DNA from: Pecten maximus
Taxonomy: Eukaryota
Assembly (NCBI RefSeq): GCF_902652985.1
Contig: NC_047024.1
Coordinates: forward strand, 15,748,001-15,812,000
Direction: 5' to 3'
Length of the DNA stretch: 64,000 nucleotides
The translations under genes and the position numbers were made by a program. Below are positions 15,465 through 32,172 of the stretch, piece after piece (the first letter of the stretch is position 1; every line of letters begins with the position of its first letter). The notes below the pieces were generated by a model. That model searched no databases and was not told the DNA's origin. It was given only the letters and a program-made list of their open reading frames with translations.

Positions 15465-17442
15465 AATAGTAGATATACACAAACAACACTACATACAGTC
15501 ATATACACAAACAACACTACATACAGTCCACATACACAAACAACACTACATACAGTCGACATACACAAACAACACTACATACAGTCGACATACACAAACA
15601 ACACTACATACAGTCGTAAACACAAACAACACTACAAAAGTCGTAAACACAAACAACACTACATACAGTCGACATACACAAACACCACTACATACAGTCG
15701 GCAACACAAACAACACTACAAACAGTCGACATATACAAACAACACTACATACAGTCGACATACACCAACACCACTACATACAGTCGACATACACAAACAA
15801 CACTACATACAGTCGACATACACAAACAACACTACATACAGTCGACATACACAAACAACACTACATACAGTCGACATACACAAACAACACTACATACAGT
15901 CGACTGTCACAAACAACACTACATACAGTCGACATACACAAACAACACTACATACAGTCGACATACACAAACAACACTACATACAGTCGATATACACCAA
16001 CAACACTACATACAGTCGATATACACAAACAACACTACATACAGTCGACATACACAAACAACACTACATACAGTCGACATACACAAACAACACTACATAC
16101 AGTCGACATACACAAACAACACTACATACAGTCGACATACACAAACAACACTACATACAGTCGACATACACAAACAACACTACATACAGTCGACATACAC
16201 AAACAACACCACATACAGTCGACATACACAAACAACACTACATACAGTCGACATATACACAAACAACACTACATAAGTTGACATACACAAACAACACTAC
16301 ATACAGTCGACATACACAAACAACACTACATACAGTCGACATATACACAAACAACACTACATAAGTTGACATACACAAACAACACTACATAAGTTGACAT
16401 ACACAAACAACACTACATAAGTTGACATACACAAACAACACTACATAAGTTGACATACACAAACAACACTACATAAGTTGACATACACAAACAACACTAC
16501 ATAAGTTGACATACACAAACAACACTACATAAGTTGACATACACAAACAACACTACATAAGTTGACATACACAAACAACACTACATACAGTCGACATACA
16601 CAAACAACACTACATACAGTCGACATATACACAAACAACACTACATACAGTCGACATACACAAACAACACTACATACAGTCGACATATACACAAACAACA
16701 CTACATAAGTTGACATACACAAACAACACTACATAAGTTGACATACACAAACAACACTACATACAGTCGACATACACAAACAACACTACATACAGTCGAC
16801 ATATACACAAACAACACTACATACAGTCGACATATACACAAACAACACTACATACAGTCGACATACACAAACAACACTACATACAGTCGACATACACAAA
16901 CAACACTACATACAGTCGACATACACAAACAACACCACATACAGTCGACATACACAAACAACACTACATACAGTCGACATATACACAAACAACACTACAT
17001 AAGTTGACATACACAAACAACACTACATACAGTCGACATACACAAACAACACTACATACAGTCGACATATACACAAACAACACTACATAAGTTGACATAC
17101 ACAAACAACACTACATAAGTTGACATACACAAACAACACTACATAAGTTGACATACACAAACAACACTACATAAGTTGACATACACAAACAACACTACAT
17201 AAGTTGACATACACAAACAACACTACATAAGTTGACATACACAAACAACACTACATAAGTTGACATACACAAACAACACTACATAAGTTGACATACACAA
17301 ACAACACTACATAAGTTGACATACACAAACAACACTACATACAGTCGACATATACACAAACAACACTACATAAGTTGACATACACAAACAACACTACATA
17401 AGTTGACATACACAAACAACACTACATAAGTTGACATACACA
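15465..17442. repeat. Minisatellite, 28-31-bp unit (GACATACACAAACAACACTACATACAGTC)
   Basis: Unit read directly; two variants (ACAGTCG and AAGTTG) occur in blocks. Confidence 0.97.
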
Positions 17443-17635
17443 GTCAACCACTGATACTTTAGGAATGCCTTTTCGTGTTATATGTATTCTTTGATCTCCA
17501 TTACAATCTACATTTTGTTCATATTTTGGCATTGCTTTATTAATTTTGCCTCACCATATAGGTAATGATGTTGATCTAAGGACTTTCAGAACTAGTGTTT
17601 TAATATTCATATCATTATTTGTTTAGTTGTGAAGA

Positions 17636-21213
<3,578 letters not shown>

Positions 21214-21350
21214 GATCGCGACTAAACGTCACAAAATGACGTCATATTTCAATGTACGATTTTAATTGGGTCTCTGTATATACATGGATTATCAAAAAGC
21301 TTTCGATATCGTTCCTCATAGGCGCCTAGGAAGCAAGTAACCTGCATACG

Positions 21351-21440
21351 GAGTCCACAACAACGAACAGATACATAGCTTGGTCAGGCAGGACGAGAAC
21401 AAGAAATGAGATCATGAATAAACATCACAACATTACGTCA
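21351..21440 (+). pseudogene. Extra copy of the last ~19 codons, stop and 3' flank of HTATIP2
   Basis: GAGTCCACAACAACGAACAGATACATAGCTTGGTCAGGCAGGACGAGAACAAGAAATGA repeats the gene end ~140 bp after the copy 2 stop. Confidence 0.85.
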
Positions 21441-23129
21441 TATTTTATTCAACTTCAAAATTATGACATCATGGTTATTTTTAAATTATGACGTCATATT
21501 TTTTAATGAAAGAGATGTAGGCACTATAACTTTATGGTACCAGTGTTTTATTGGTAGCAATACAGATTACATATCACTTACGTATGTCCTGTCCGGTGGC
21601 GCAATTTCAACACACACGCCTTTCACTGAGCAACACGGATTTTATTTCTCAATCAGATGTGAAAAAATTTGAGGTCGCCTGCCCAACCAAGTGGGATTCT
21701 CCGGGTACCGTTTTTCTCCAACAGAAGGTGAAATAAAAATTATTGTTCATAATTAAATCAAGAATGATATGTTTTTTACATAGTGTATTCGTATTTATAG
21801 AATAGGACCATGCGTCCCAGCAGGGTTAGAGTCTTCTGCGTCATAGACGGAACCCCTGGTGAAAATCTAGAACAACTCCGGGCTAAGTCACATACTCCTA
21901 AATAAAGATTGTAGTTATTCTACTGATTTATTGTCGTGTCATACTATCTACACATTGAAAATCACGTGAGTGATTTAAATACGATATTAGTTCTATGATC
22001 ACTGATGATTTATATATCGTCGCTGACAGCTCAGAAAGACAATTTAAAAAGTAATTTAGCGCCGAGCCTCATTACTTCAATCAGAACAGATTTCTTTGTA
22101 ACTAGCATTTGACTAATCAGGTAAATATTCTTTCTGTTATGTTTTGTTTTCTCTACTGATAAAGATGTTTTATATATGTTACCGGTATGATCATCTTGTC
22201 CTTTGTGGGGTCATACTATTACCTTTGTTGTATCGAATACATTAACCTAACCATACTTTGGAAATATAGAACGTATACATGTACGATAGGTGGTACAGAC
22301 AGGAAGGCTTTACATATCCACTGATGTCGCCAAACACAGACAGACGACAGACAGACGACAGACAGACAACTGTAATATTTATAGTTGATAATTATTAGAT
22401 CTCACATGAAATAGAATAGTTCCCAATGAGATACTGATATCGAATCCACTTTTAAGGTCTTAACTCAAATATTTGAAGTATTTTTGTCTTCCGCCAAAAC
22501 AGTGTATACGTAAAAAGGCGTATGTTCCCAACAGAAAATTAACCGACTTCTCTCCTCTTGTCTGTGCTTCAATTTTTCGTATGTTTTACGAAAATGTGCA
22601 GATATGAAGACTGTGAACAATGTGGACCGGACCATGATATCATCTCTTATTCTATATGACGATACAGAAAATTTACAGTCCGGCATATTTTTCCCACATT
22701 TTGACTTTGAGGTATTTGATTCCTGCCATTTAGGACATATGGATGCTAAATGTTTCACTCTTAGTTTTGATACTGCCCAAGTCTTCAGACAGTAAATGGT
22801 TAGTAATACACAGACGAATGTTGTCAATAAACACCCACATTGTATAGTGGTTAAGTTCTCGCTGATATGACCGGGTGTCTTGATTTGAGGACATGTTGTT
22901 ATCTCGATTTTACCTTGATTTACCTGGCGATAACCTTGTTTTTTAAGCCTCGTTTTATTCATCCTGGCTTAGAATTGTGTTAGGTTCAGTTTGCCAGTAT
23001 TTAAGTATGTGTCTGTCGGAATTTCCTGTTGATTGCTTAAGATATGGTCTGAGAATTCTAAGGTCTCTTTCCTTATATTGAGCTCTTGTCTTTTAAAGGT
23101 GTTTTTAATATAGTTAATATTTGTGAAGA

Positions 23130-26100
23130 ATGTCGGAGGAGTTTGAGGACAAGGTTAAACACTACAGGGACATGGGGAAGACGGCCTTCGTCATTGGATA
23201 TACGGGGGAGTGTGGGAAGGAGCTAGTCAAAGCCTTGTCTAAAAATAGAATATTTAACAAAGTTGTCCTCATTGGTCGTCGGAAAGTGGAGCTGAACCCT
23301 GACCCCGGACCAGAGTTTGTAAGTATTAACGATATATATAGAACTGAACTCTGACCCCGGACCAGAGTTTGTAAGTATAAATTATATATACAGAGTTGAA
23401 TTCTGACCCCGGACCAGAGTTTGTAAGTATAAATTATATATACAGAGTTGAATTCTGACCCCGGACCAGAGTTTGTAAGTATAAATTATATATACAGAGT
23501 TGAATTCTGACCCCGGACCAGAGTTTGTAAGTATAAATTATATACAGAGAAATTTAACATGTGTCTCCATTGAAGCCATACATATTTCACTTCTGTAGAT
23601 AAAAGTTTGGAATTCACAATTCACCGAACAAAGTGCAAGATACCAATATATTAATCTCAAGAGTGATACTGTTACGATATTAGCATTTTTAGAAAAAAAA
23701 GTTTTAGAAAATGAATTAAGTTAGATATAGTAGAAAAAAAATTATACTGCACCGTTCAACTAGTTCGTCTTCCTAGGACTCGACAGTGATGTTAGGGACA
23801 TCACACAGCTGTTTAAGTCCTTCCAGGACTCGTAAGTGATGTTAGGGAAATCGTACAGCTGTTTAAGTCCTTCTAGGACTCGTAAGTGATGTTAGGGGAA
23901 TCGTACAGCTGTTTCATCCTTCTAGGACTCGACAGTGATGTTAGGGACATCATACAGCTATTTAGTCCTTCAAGGTCTCGTCAGTGATGTTAGGGACATC
24001 ATACAGCTGTTTAGTCCTTCTAGGACTCGTCAGTGATGTTAGAGACATCACATTGCTGTTTCGTCCTTCTAGGACTCGTCAGTGATGTTAGAGACATCAT
24101 ACAGCTGTTTAGTCCTTCTAGGACACGTCAGTGATGTTAGGGACATCGCATTGCTTTTTCGTCCTTCTAGGACTCGTCAGTGATGTTAGAGACACCATAC
24201 ATCTGTAAAATCTTTCTAGGACTCGTCAGTAATGCTAAGGGTCCCAAGTATTCATGATTGAAAGCTACCAAAAGCAAGATCGAAATAGATCATACAAATT
24301 TCCAAACCTGGATTGGTAGGCGAAAAAGACCAATAATTCAATAAATTTCAATACATTTCATCAATTTCAATATTGAATTTCAAAATAGCATAATGTATAC
24401 TTATATAATCTGAACCAAGCCACTAATGGAGTTAATCAAAACATGACAAGTAGGTTACGTTACATCTCAAGGACCGAAACATCTACCACCTGTAATATCA
24501 ATGCTTATCCCAAGCGATATGTCACGATATCGTCCCTGTGTCAGGAATTGCTTTTTTTAAGCTATTGCCAATAATTTGTGAAGGTAAGTTAGATCGTGTT
24601 GATGTTGATTACGAATTAGTAAGGCAAATCGTTCATAAACCAAGAAAGCTCTAAATTAAAGAAAAATCCTATTACGGCTCTGTGAAATAGGTTTGTAGCG
24701 CGAACATAATTCTTTCATAGATTATACTCCAAAAGTACCTAAATATCCATTATGAAACCATACTCATTATAGATTTTTTTTTATCATTTTTCACTTGTTC
24801 ACTTTTTTTCAAAATTCTAACAAAAACACCAACTTGAGAACTCCCTATACCACAGAGGCATATGATGATATAGCTAACCACGATGTTTATATTACCTATA
24901 TGCGAAATTACAATAATCTTTTATTGTTGTCAACAGGAACAGAAAATTGTTGATTATGACAAACTGGAGGAACACACGGAGGCGTTTCAAGGATGCGAAG
25001 TTGGGTACTGTTGTTTGGGGACTACTAAAGCTAAAGCGGCAGGAAGGGTAATGCACACAATGATATGTGTTACGTCATGAACATATGTTGTGAAAATTTT
25101 TAGACGAATCATCGCCAGGGTTTGGTTTAGTATGTTAAACATCCTATCAAAAGCTAAGGTAATTTAATTACGACCTCCCCTGTGTCAAATATGGTTTGGT
25201 TTGGTTTAGTATTATTTAACGTCCTATCAAAAGCTAAGGTCATTTAAGGACGACCTCCTCTGTGTCAAATATGGTTTGGTTTGGTTTAGTATTATTTAAC
25301 GTCCTATCAAAAGCTAAGGTAATTTAATTATGACCTTCCCTGTGTGCAAGATTGATGCAAGTAGCGTGCGTGTTTGTGTCTGGGATGTTGCTCTTTGTTT
25401 GTTTCATTGTGATAGGACGGAACTGAATCCGAAATTATAGTGCTACCTCACTGAAGCATACTGCCGAAAACAACCAACAGGACACCTCACACGGTCACGT
25501 GATACTGATAATGGGCAAACAAGTCGCCCACTCCCAAAATGCTGAGCGTTAAGGGAACATTTGAAGTGACATAGAAATTATAAGATAAAATATATGGGAT
25601 TTTTTATGATATATGTTTTATATTGATATGTTTATTTTCAACATTTAAATATTCTTTCCTGCAGGAAGGATTTATCAAGGTCGATCGGGATTATGTACTG
25701 AAAAGCGCAGAGATTTCCAAATCTGCCGGCTGTCAACATTTCAGTGTAGTGACGGCTTCAACTGCGGATAAAAACAGCATGTTTCTCTACATTAAAACCA
25801 AGGTAAATAAACATACCTGTTTCTTTTATCAGTTGATCAGCATGACTCACACTCACCACAAAACAGTTAATAATTCAATGATTTGTACAAAATGTTATCA
25901 AAAATAGTAATCAAGTGAAACAATTAATATTTCTGTTAGATTTACTTGAGGATTAATCCTTATATTATCTGTTGGTCGATTTAAAATTCTCTCCACTAGA
26001 TTGAAAATTCAGTGGACAATGTACGAGTGTGTGATTTGGTCACTTGATGACATCAGAGAATAACTACGGCGTTGTGTATATATCCGGTATTCATACACAT

Positions 26101-29100
26101 TCATGTTCCTTGAAAATAAGTTTCATTATGTTTTATCATGTGTATGATTACTGAATCGTTACGGATGTCGTTATTAACAAGTGTCATACATTATTAATAA
26201 AACTAAACCCGAAACCCTGTGCCCTGAGCTAGATACAACCAACACTGCATGGAAGTTAGAATCATTTCACAATATCTTTTCACTTTCAGTTTCAATAGGG
26301 GCCATGAGCTCGATGCTTACAAGGAATGTCAGATCTGAATCTGAACTGTCTGCGTGATAGTTAAATTGGTGATAGCAGATAAATAAGCTGTTCCACCTGT
26401 GGATCTAAGTGTACAAAGTATATTCTAGTGTGTACAAATTTACAAAATGAAAGTTTAATCTAGTCAGAGGCAGTAAAAATTAAATCGCCAATGTAACGAT
26501 ATACATGTATTCACAAGCCAGCAAGCAAACAATCTTCATCGGGAAATGTGATCCGAGTTAACTGTCACAAATCATTTCAAAAATGTTTTATTTCGAGGCA
26601 TCAATTTTCAGTAAAGTATTCTACCATTGAAATATTGAACCTTTTGAAAAGAGCAAATAACCTTTACGTTTTAAATGTATGAATGTATAAGGTCATCCAT
26701 GTGTTAGACATAGACAAGTTAGGGTTCAAAAAGGAGGGTTTCATTTAAATAGTAGGAGAAGTTATGGTTTAAAAGGAGGGTTTCATTAAAACAATAGAAG
26801 TTAGGGTTTAAAAAGAAGGGTTTCATGAAAACAGAAGTTAGGGTTTAAAAGAAAGGTTTCATTAAAATAGAGTGAGAAGTTAGGTTTTAAAAAGGAAGGT
26901 TTTATTAAAACAGTAGGAGAAGTTAGGTTTTAAAAAGGAAGGTTTTATCAAGACAGTAGAAGAAGTTAGGGTTTAAAAAGGAAGGTTTTATCAAAACAGT
27001 AGAAGAAGTTAGGGTTTAAAAAGGAGGGTTTCATTAACACAGTAGAAGAAGTTAGGTTTTAAAAAGGAAGGTTTTATTAAGACAGTAGAAGAAGTTAGGG
27101 TTTAAAAAGGAAGGTTTCATTAACACAGTAGAAGAAGTTAGGTTTTAAAAAGGAAGGTTTTATTAAGACAGTAGAAGAAGTTAGGGTTTAAAAAGGAGGG
27201 TTTCATTAACACAGTAGAAGAAGTTAGGGTTTAAAAAGGAAGGTTTTATTAAAACATTAGGAGAAGTTAGGGTTTAAAAAGGAGGGTTTTATTAAAACAG
27301 TAGAAGTTAGGGTTTAAAAAGGAAGGTTTTATTAAGACAGTAGAAGTTAGGGTTTAAAAAGGAGGGTTTTATTAGAACAGTAGAAGTTAGGGTTTAAAAA
27401 GGAGGGTTTTATTAAGACAGTAGAAGTTAGGGTTTTAAAAGGAGGGTTTTATTAAATCAGTAGAAGTTAAGGTTTAAAAAGGAGGGTTTTGTTAAGACAG
27501 TAGAAGTTAGGGTTTTAAAAGGAGGGTTTTATTAAAACAGTAGAAGTTAGGGTTTAAAAAGGAGGGTTTTATTAAAACAGTAGAAGTTAGGGTTTTAAAA
27601 GGAGGGTTTCATTAAAACAATAGAAGTTAGGGTTTTAAAAGGAGGGTTTCATTAAAACATTAGAAGTTAGGGTTTTAAAAGGAGGGTTTCATGAAAACAG
27701 TAGTAGAAGTTAGGTTTTAAAAAGGAGGGTATAAATTAAACAGTGGAAGTTGGGGCTTAAAAAGGAGGTTTCATTTAAACGGTATATCTGTTCTAGGGAG
27801 AAGTAGAAGATGCCCTGAAGAAGATGTCGTTTGACAAGTTATCTATATTTAAACCCGCGTGAGTATTACATACCAACCAATGACATAATGACGTCATAGC
27901 TGTCAATATAGGGACATGACAGTTCATATAAAATAAACTGACCGTCCTCATTGTAGATAATTATTTATTTTAGTTTTGAAAAGAAGTAAGAATGGTATAA
28001 GACATTAAAATATGTAGTCATCAATATATTAATGTATCAATCAGTAGGGTCGTGATGATAGCGTATAAACGTCGATCGAATTAAGCGATAAAACAATATA
28101 CCGCGTTATCATTTACTGCTACTTAGAGATACTAGTGTAATAGTATTATGTTAGTTTAGCTGTTTCACGTAGAACATTTCGGATTATGAAAATCCAAAAA
28201 ATTCCGTGAATGTATCTACCTTTTCCTATTATCATGCCGTTTCTAATCTACCTTTTGATTTCTTTATCTTTATTTTTTTTTCTATATAACTTTTTTTCTA
28301 ATGCCTCCGATGTAGTACTTTTGTGACAAACGTTCATTGATGATTAAAATGTATATCATGTCTCTATTTAATAAATACCATCACTTTTTACAGACATTAG
28401 GTCAACCTCCCTTCGTTAACATTGTTATTGTCTTGTTGTCTTAATAATTTTACTGCATGTAATTATCATAAAAGGCATAATATATATCTAATACCAACAT
28501 ATACAATAGTATCGCTTATCAGACTGAAAGTTACGAATCGAATCTAGAGGCGAAGGACATACATTTTTATCGAGACACTGAATGAAGCATTCAAGAGATA
28601 AGAATAACAACTCAGATGGACAGTGGTAATAGCGTATTGCGTATAACTTTTGGTCTTCTATAAAATTCATAGCACAATAGCATATTCTTTTTTGATTGAG
28701 TCATAACTACTATTTTGTCGAGAGTGTAGGTTTTTCAATATATAACCTGATCGTGCTTTTCGTGAAAAAAAATTTTCCAAATAATATTTCGTCAGTTTTT
28801 AAAGACAACTGTTGTCCGTCCTAGTATATATATATACTTTACAATAACTTCGCAATGGGCTGTCAAAACACGTAATGTTCCCATTGTCGCGATTGACTAT
28901 CAAAACATGCATTGTTCCCATTGTCGTGACTGACTATCAATATATGCATTGTTCCCATTGTCGCGATTGACTATCAAAACATGCGATGTTCCCATTGTCG
29001 TGACTGACTGTCAAAACATGCATTGTTCCCGTTGTCTCGATTGACTATCAATACATGCGATGTTCCCTTGTCGTGACTGACTATCAAAACATGCTATGTT

Positions 29101-29503
29101 TCCATTGTCTACGATAGTAGTAACCGTTATATGTCGAAATATGGTTTCTGTGCTATCGACTGTGGTATAAACATAGAATGTCGCAAAACATTAACAAATT
29201 CTAAAAAGTATCATATATATACATGTGGGTCAACCTGCTTGTGCTTCCGACGATTTCTGAAATACTTCTACATTCCTCGATAGGTTCCTGTTGTGTGATC
29301 GCTCAGAACGTCGCCTAGGAGAACGGGTAACCCAGTTCCTAATGAAACCATTGATTTGCATGTTCCCCACATATAGCGCAGTACCAACATCTTACGTAGG
29401 AGGAGCAATGGTCGTGGACACGGTGACACCTGGTGACGAGAAACTCAGAGTCCACAACAATGAACAGATACATAGCTTGATTAAGCAGGACAAGAAGAAT
29501 TGA
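23130..29503 (+). CDS. HTATIP2: Oxidoreductase HTATIP2/TIP30-like, copy 3, 239 aa
   Basis: Exons 23130-23318, 24937-25047, 25665-25802, 27797-27858, 29284-29503; GT-AG, phases consistent, 720 nt. Confidence 0.95.
23296..23550 (+). repeat. 52-bp tandem repeat of the exon 1 end plus splice donor of HTATIP2 copy 3
   Basis: CTGACCCCGGACCAGAGTTT|GTAAGTA occurs 5 times (the genuine donor plus 4 copies). Confidence 0.92.
23764..24240 (-). ncRNA. Second array (10 units) of the 49-bp hammerhead repeat, mostly decayed, antisense in intron 1 of HTATIP2 copy 3
   Basis: Reverse complement of the 13.7-kb unit (TTTCGTCCTTCTAGGACTCGTCAGTGATGTTAGGGACATCATACAGCTG). Most units have GAAA>UAAA or CUGA changes; a complete fold remains at ~24055-24105. 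Confidence 0.85.
25118..25552 (-). mobile_element. SINE-like fragment with triplicated 3' tail
   Basis: GGTTTGGTTTAG..TTTAACGTCCTATCAA..GCTAAGGTCATTTAAGGACG three times; reverse complement of the unit arrayed at 43175-43600. Confidence 0.6.
26716..27780. repeat. Minisatellite, 40-43-bp unit (AGAAGTTAGGGTTTAAAAAGGAGGGTTTTATTAAAACAGT)
   Basis: Unit read directly; ends ~15 bp before the exon 4 acceptor of copy 3. Confidence 0.95.
28860..29110. repeat. Minisatellite, ~37-bp unit (TGTTCCCATTGTCGCGATTGACTATCAAAACATGCAT)
   Basis: About 7 copies read directly. Confidence 0.9.
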
Positions 29504-31334
29504 GATAATAAACATCACAAAATGACGTCATCGTTTTTCTTTCAAAATTATGACGTATTTTTTATCAATTATGACGTTATTGTTTTCAAAATTATGACGT
29601 CGTAGCCTTCAAAATTATCACGTACTCTGCTCATAATTGTAATCTTTCATTAATATTTCTTTATTTTCAGATATTTCATTTGTTTATTTGTCAAATTCAG
29701 ATATTACTAGGCTTTGTGAGTTTGTTTATCGCCTGTCTCAATAACGTTCTCAATAACTGTGATATATTTTGTTATCTTTAAGTTGCAAAATCTTGTTCCA
29801 AATTATTGTAAAATAGATCAAATTTGTTCAGCTCACACATTGTTCACATGTTTTGCTAGAGTTATTCCCCTTAAAAATTTCAATTCAAAGTATTTTCACC
29901 ACTATATTTTCGATAAGTTTCTATCATGATTAATGTTTTACATATCACGCAGTATGGTTAATGGTTTACTAGGTTAAGATATGTAACGGAGTCAGAGTAA
30001 GTTAGCGCCGAGCCTCGTTAATCCATGTATCTTAATCCTCTGGGAAAGATAACTAGCTGCATCAAACACCCTACTTGAGATTGACTATCTTCATGTGAGG
30101 GGAGTAATACTAGATTGATGAAAATGCCATTTAATATAATCTAGTTCTACTTTCAATTTAAAACATATTCATTTATCACAGTAATCGTCGTTCTTTTCAA
30201 TATTTCAATATGTAATAAAGGTTGTTGTTTTTGTTTACTTATTTACTTCATGTAATCAACTATGTCCCTACCTCTATACTAAATGATCGGTGATGTCTTG
30301 GTTGAACCAGTATTTTTACAGTTCAATATCCCATTCAAAACTTTAGAGACGCCTTCGTTTTGTTATTATTAGAAACGTTTGTTGTAAAGGCGAACGGCGT
30401 TGCAAGAACAGTGTTGTGGATAATACTAGTTATTTCGGAAAACATATTATAAGCCATTACCGAAAATTAAATCGTGAGAATTTACAATTTTCCGACTTGA
30501 GTTTGTTTTCTTACGAGGAAAACTGATGACATGCAAGTCTTGAAGAACTTACCAGATATAGATTAAAAAGACTATGCGAAGGCTTTGTAGTTTTCTTTTA
30601 AATACTAACATAATTATTATTAGTCAATCCGATATATACTTAAGTTATTGAAATCAAAAATATTGCTTACTCTTAAACATCAACAGCTTACTTCTTTCTT
30701 TACTTACAGCATGACCAACAAGTATAACATACAACATAGTTTTATGAAAAGCATTGTCATATAAAATTTCCTTTTGTCAATTTTCCATTTCTGGATAGAA
30801 TTATCCTGCTTCCGGACTTCCCTTACTCTTATATTCTAAGACTTGTTCCCCGGGACAGATATCTACTGTTGATAGAAAAAAAGCATACAATACAGGGTTT
30901 TACGAGATGCAGGTTGGTAAAAAATATGAGAAAGCTTTTCGGTCGAAATCTTGATCTAATCTAATAAAACCGATTTCCTTGTGTGATACGAAGTCCGACG
31001 TTGGACGTTTGTTGCTATGCCTGGTTGTTCCGTCCTCACCAATCCAGCCCTTATGTTACCCTATATGTACATTGCGGTTGCTGTCGTTGAAGCAGAAGCC
31101 GTTCATCCTTCCGAAACACCTGGTCATACCCCCTTGTATGTTTTCAAGGGTTTTGTTTATATATATAGTTACGATTCGGTTTACATGTCAGTTTTCTGTT
31201 TGTTTTGTACAAAATATGTGCTATGTATTTATGATATTGTCGTAGTTAGAACTACATATGAATGTGCTTTGCATATACAGTAATGATAATGACAACATTG
31301 TTGAAAGGATACAGTTACGATATTGATAATTATT

Positions 31335-32172
31335 TCAGTACAACTAGGACAGGAACTTCAAAATATTTACCTTCCGATCACAAACACACGTAGTGCATAT
31401 GATACATTGTGTTGATGATTAGATATATAACATTGCCTGTTGTCTTATTCTTTTGACAATACTGTATTTTATATGTGTATTGTTAATAAAATATTTTGAA
31501 ATGAAATATATAACATTGTAATACAGTACAACTACGACATGAAAATCAATACTGTAATGAATATTTATAATATGTGTACAATTCGCATCCATGTATGTAA
31601 ATACATTGCGATCCAGGTATTCATATCATTTAAATAGACGACTGAAACGTTCTTTTTTAAGAACGCCGATGTGGCGCAGTGGTATAAGCTGCGGGTATTT
31701 CTCACGATTGGGTGCCGTAAATCGCGAATTCAAGGCCCGGTCAGGGCACGTGTCAAAAAGTTGCCTTCCTTCGTCAATCGTGTTACTATGTTATATATCA
31801 AATAATTAGCACAATGTATCATATGCACTATGTGTTGGTGATCCGAAGGTGAAGTTTTGTATTTTCAGTCGAATATGTACTGTGATGAATATCTATTATA
31901 TGTGTACAATCCCGCTTCCATGTATGTAAATACATTGCGATTCAGGTATATAACCTTATAGACGACTTCCACAATGATCATGTCAGGGTATCGGGCTGAC
32001 CATCACTGCGCCATTGAAACGTTATTTTTTAAGAACGTGAATGTGGCGCAGTGGTATTTCTAACTAGGCGATTTGGTGCCGTAGATCGTGTGTTTGAGGC
32101 CCGTTCGAGGCCCGTTCTGGGCACGAATCATTAAGTTGTGTTCCTTCGTCATTTGTATTACAATGTTATATA
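31335..32172. mobile_element. Cluster of the tRNA-derived repeat family: one inverted fragment plus two head-to-tail units (~375-bp period)
   Basis: TGGCGCAGTGG (A box) at ~31672 and ~32044, B-box-like GAATTCAAGGCC and GTTCGAGGCC; body and leader align by eye with 18028-18470. Confidence 0.7.

Noticed and set aside
15382-17007. Thr/His-rich ORFs up to 299 aa
   Set aside because: Translation of the 28-31-bp minisatellite.
22465-23100. 165-aa minus-strand ORF, possibly a decayed Penelope/GIY-YIG remnant
   Set aside because: No diagnostic motif I can identify with confidence; needs a tblastx/HMM search against transposon proteins.
26716-27780. TTAGGG in each unit as an interstitial telomere
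   Set aside because: One hexamer per 40-bp unit, often mutated; not a (TTAGGG)n tract.
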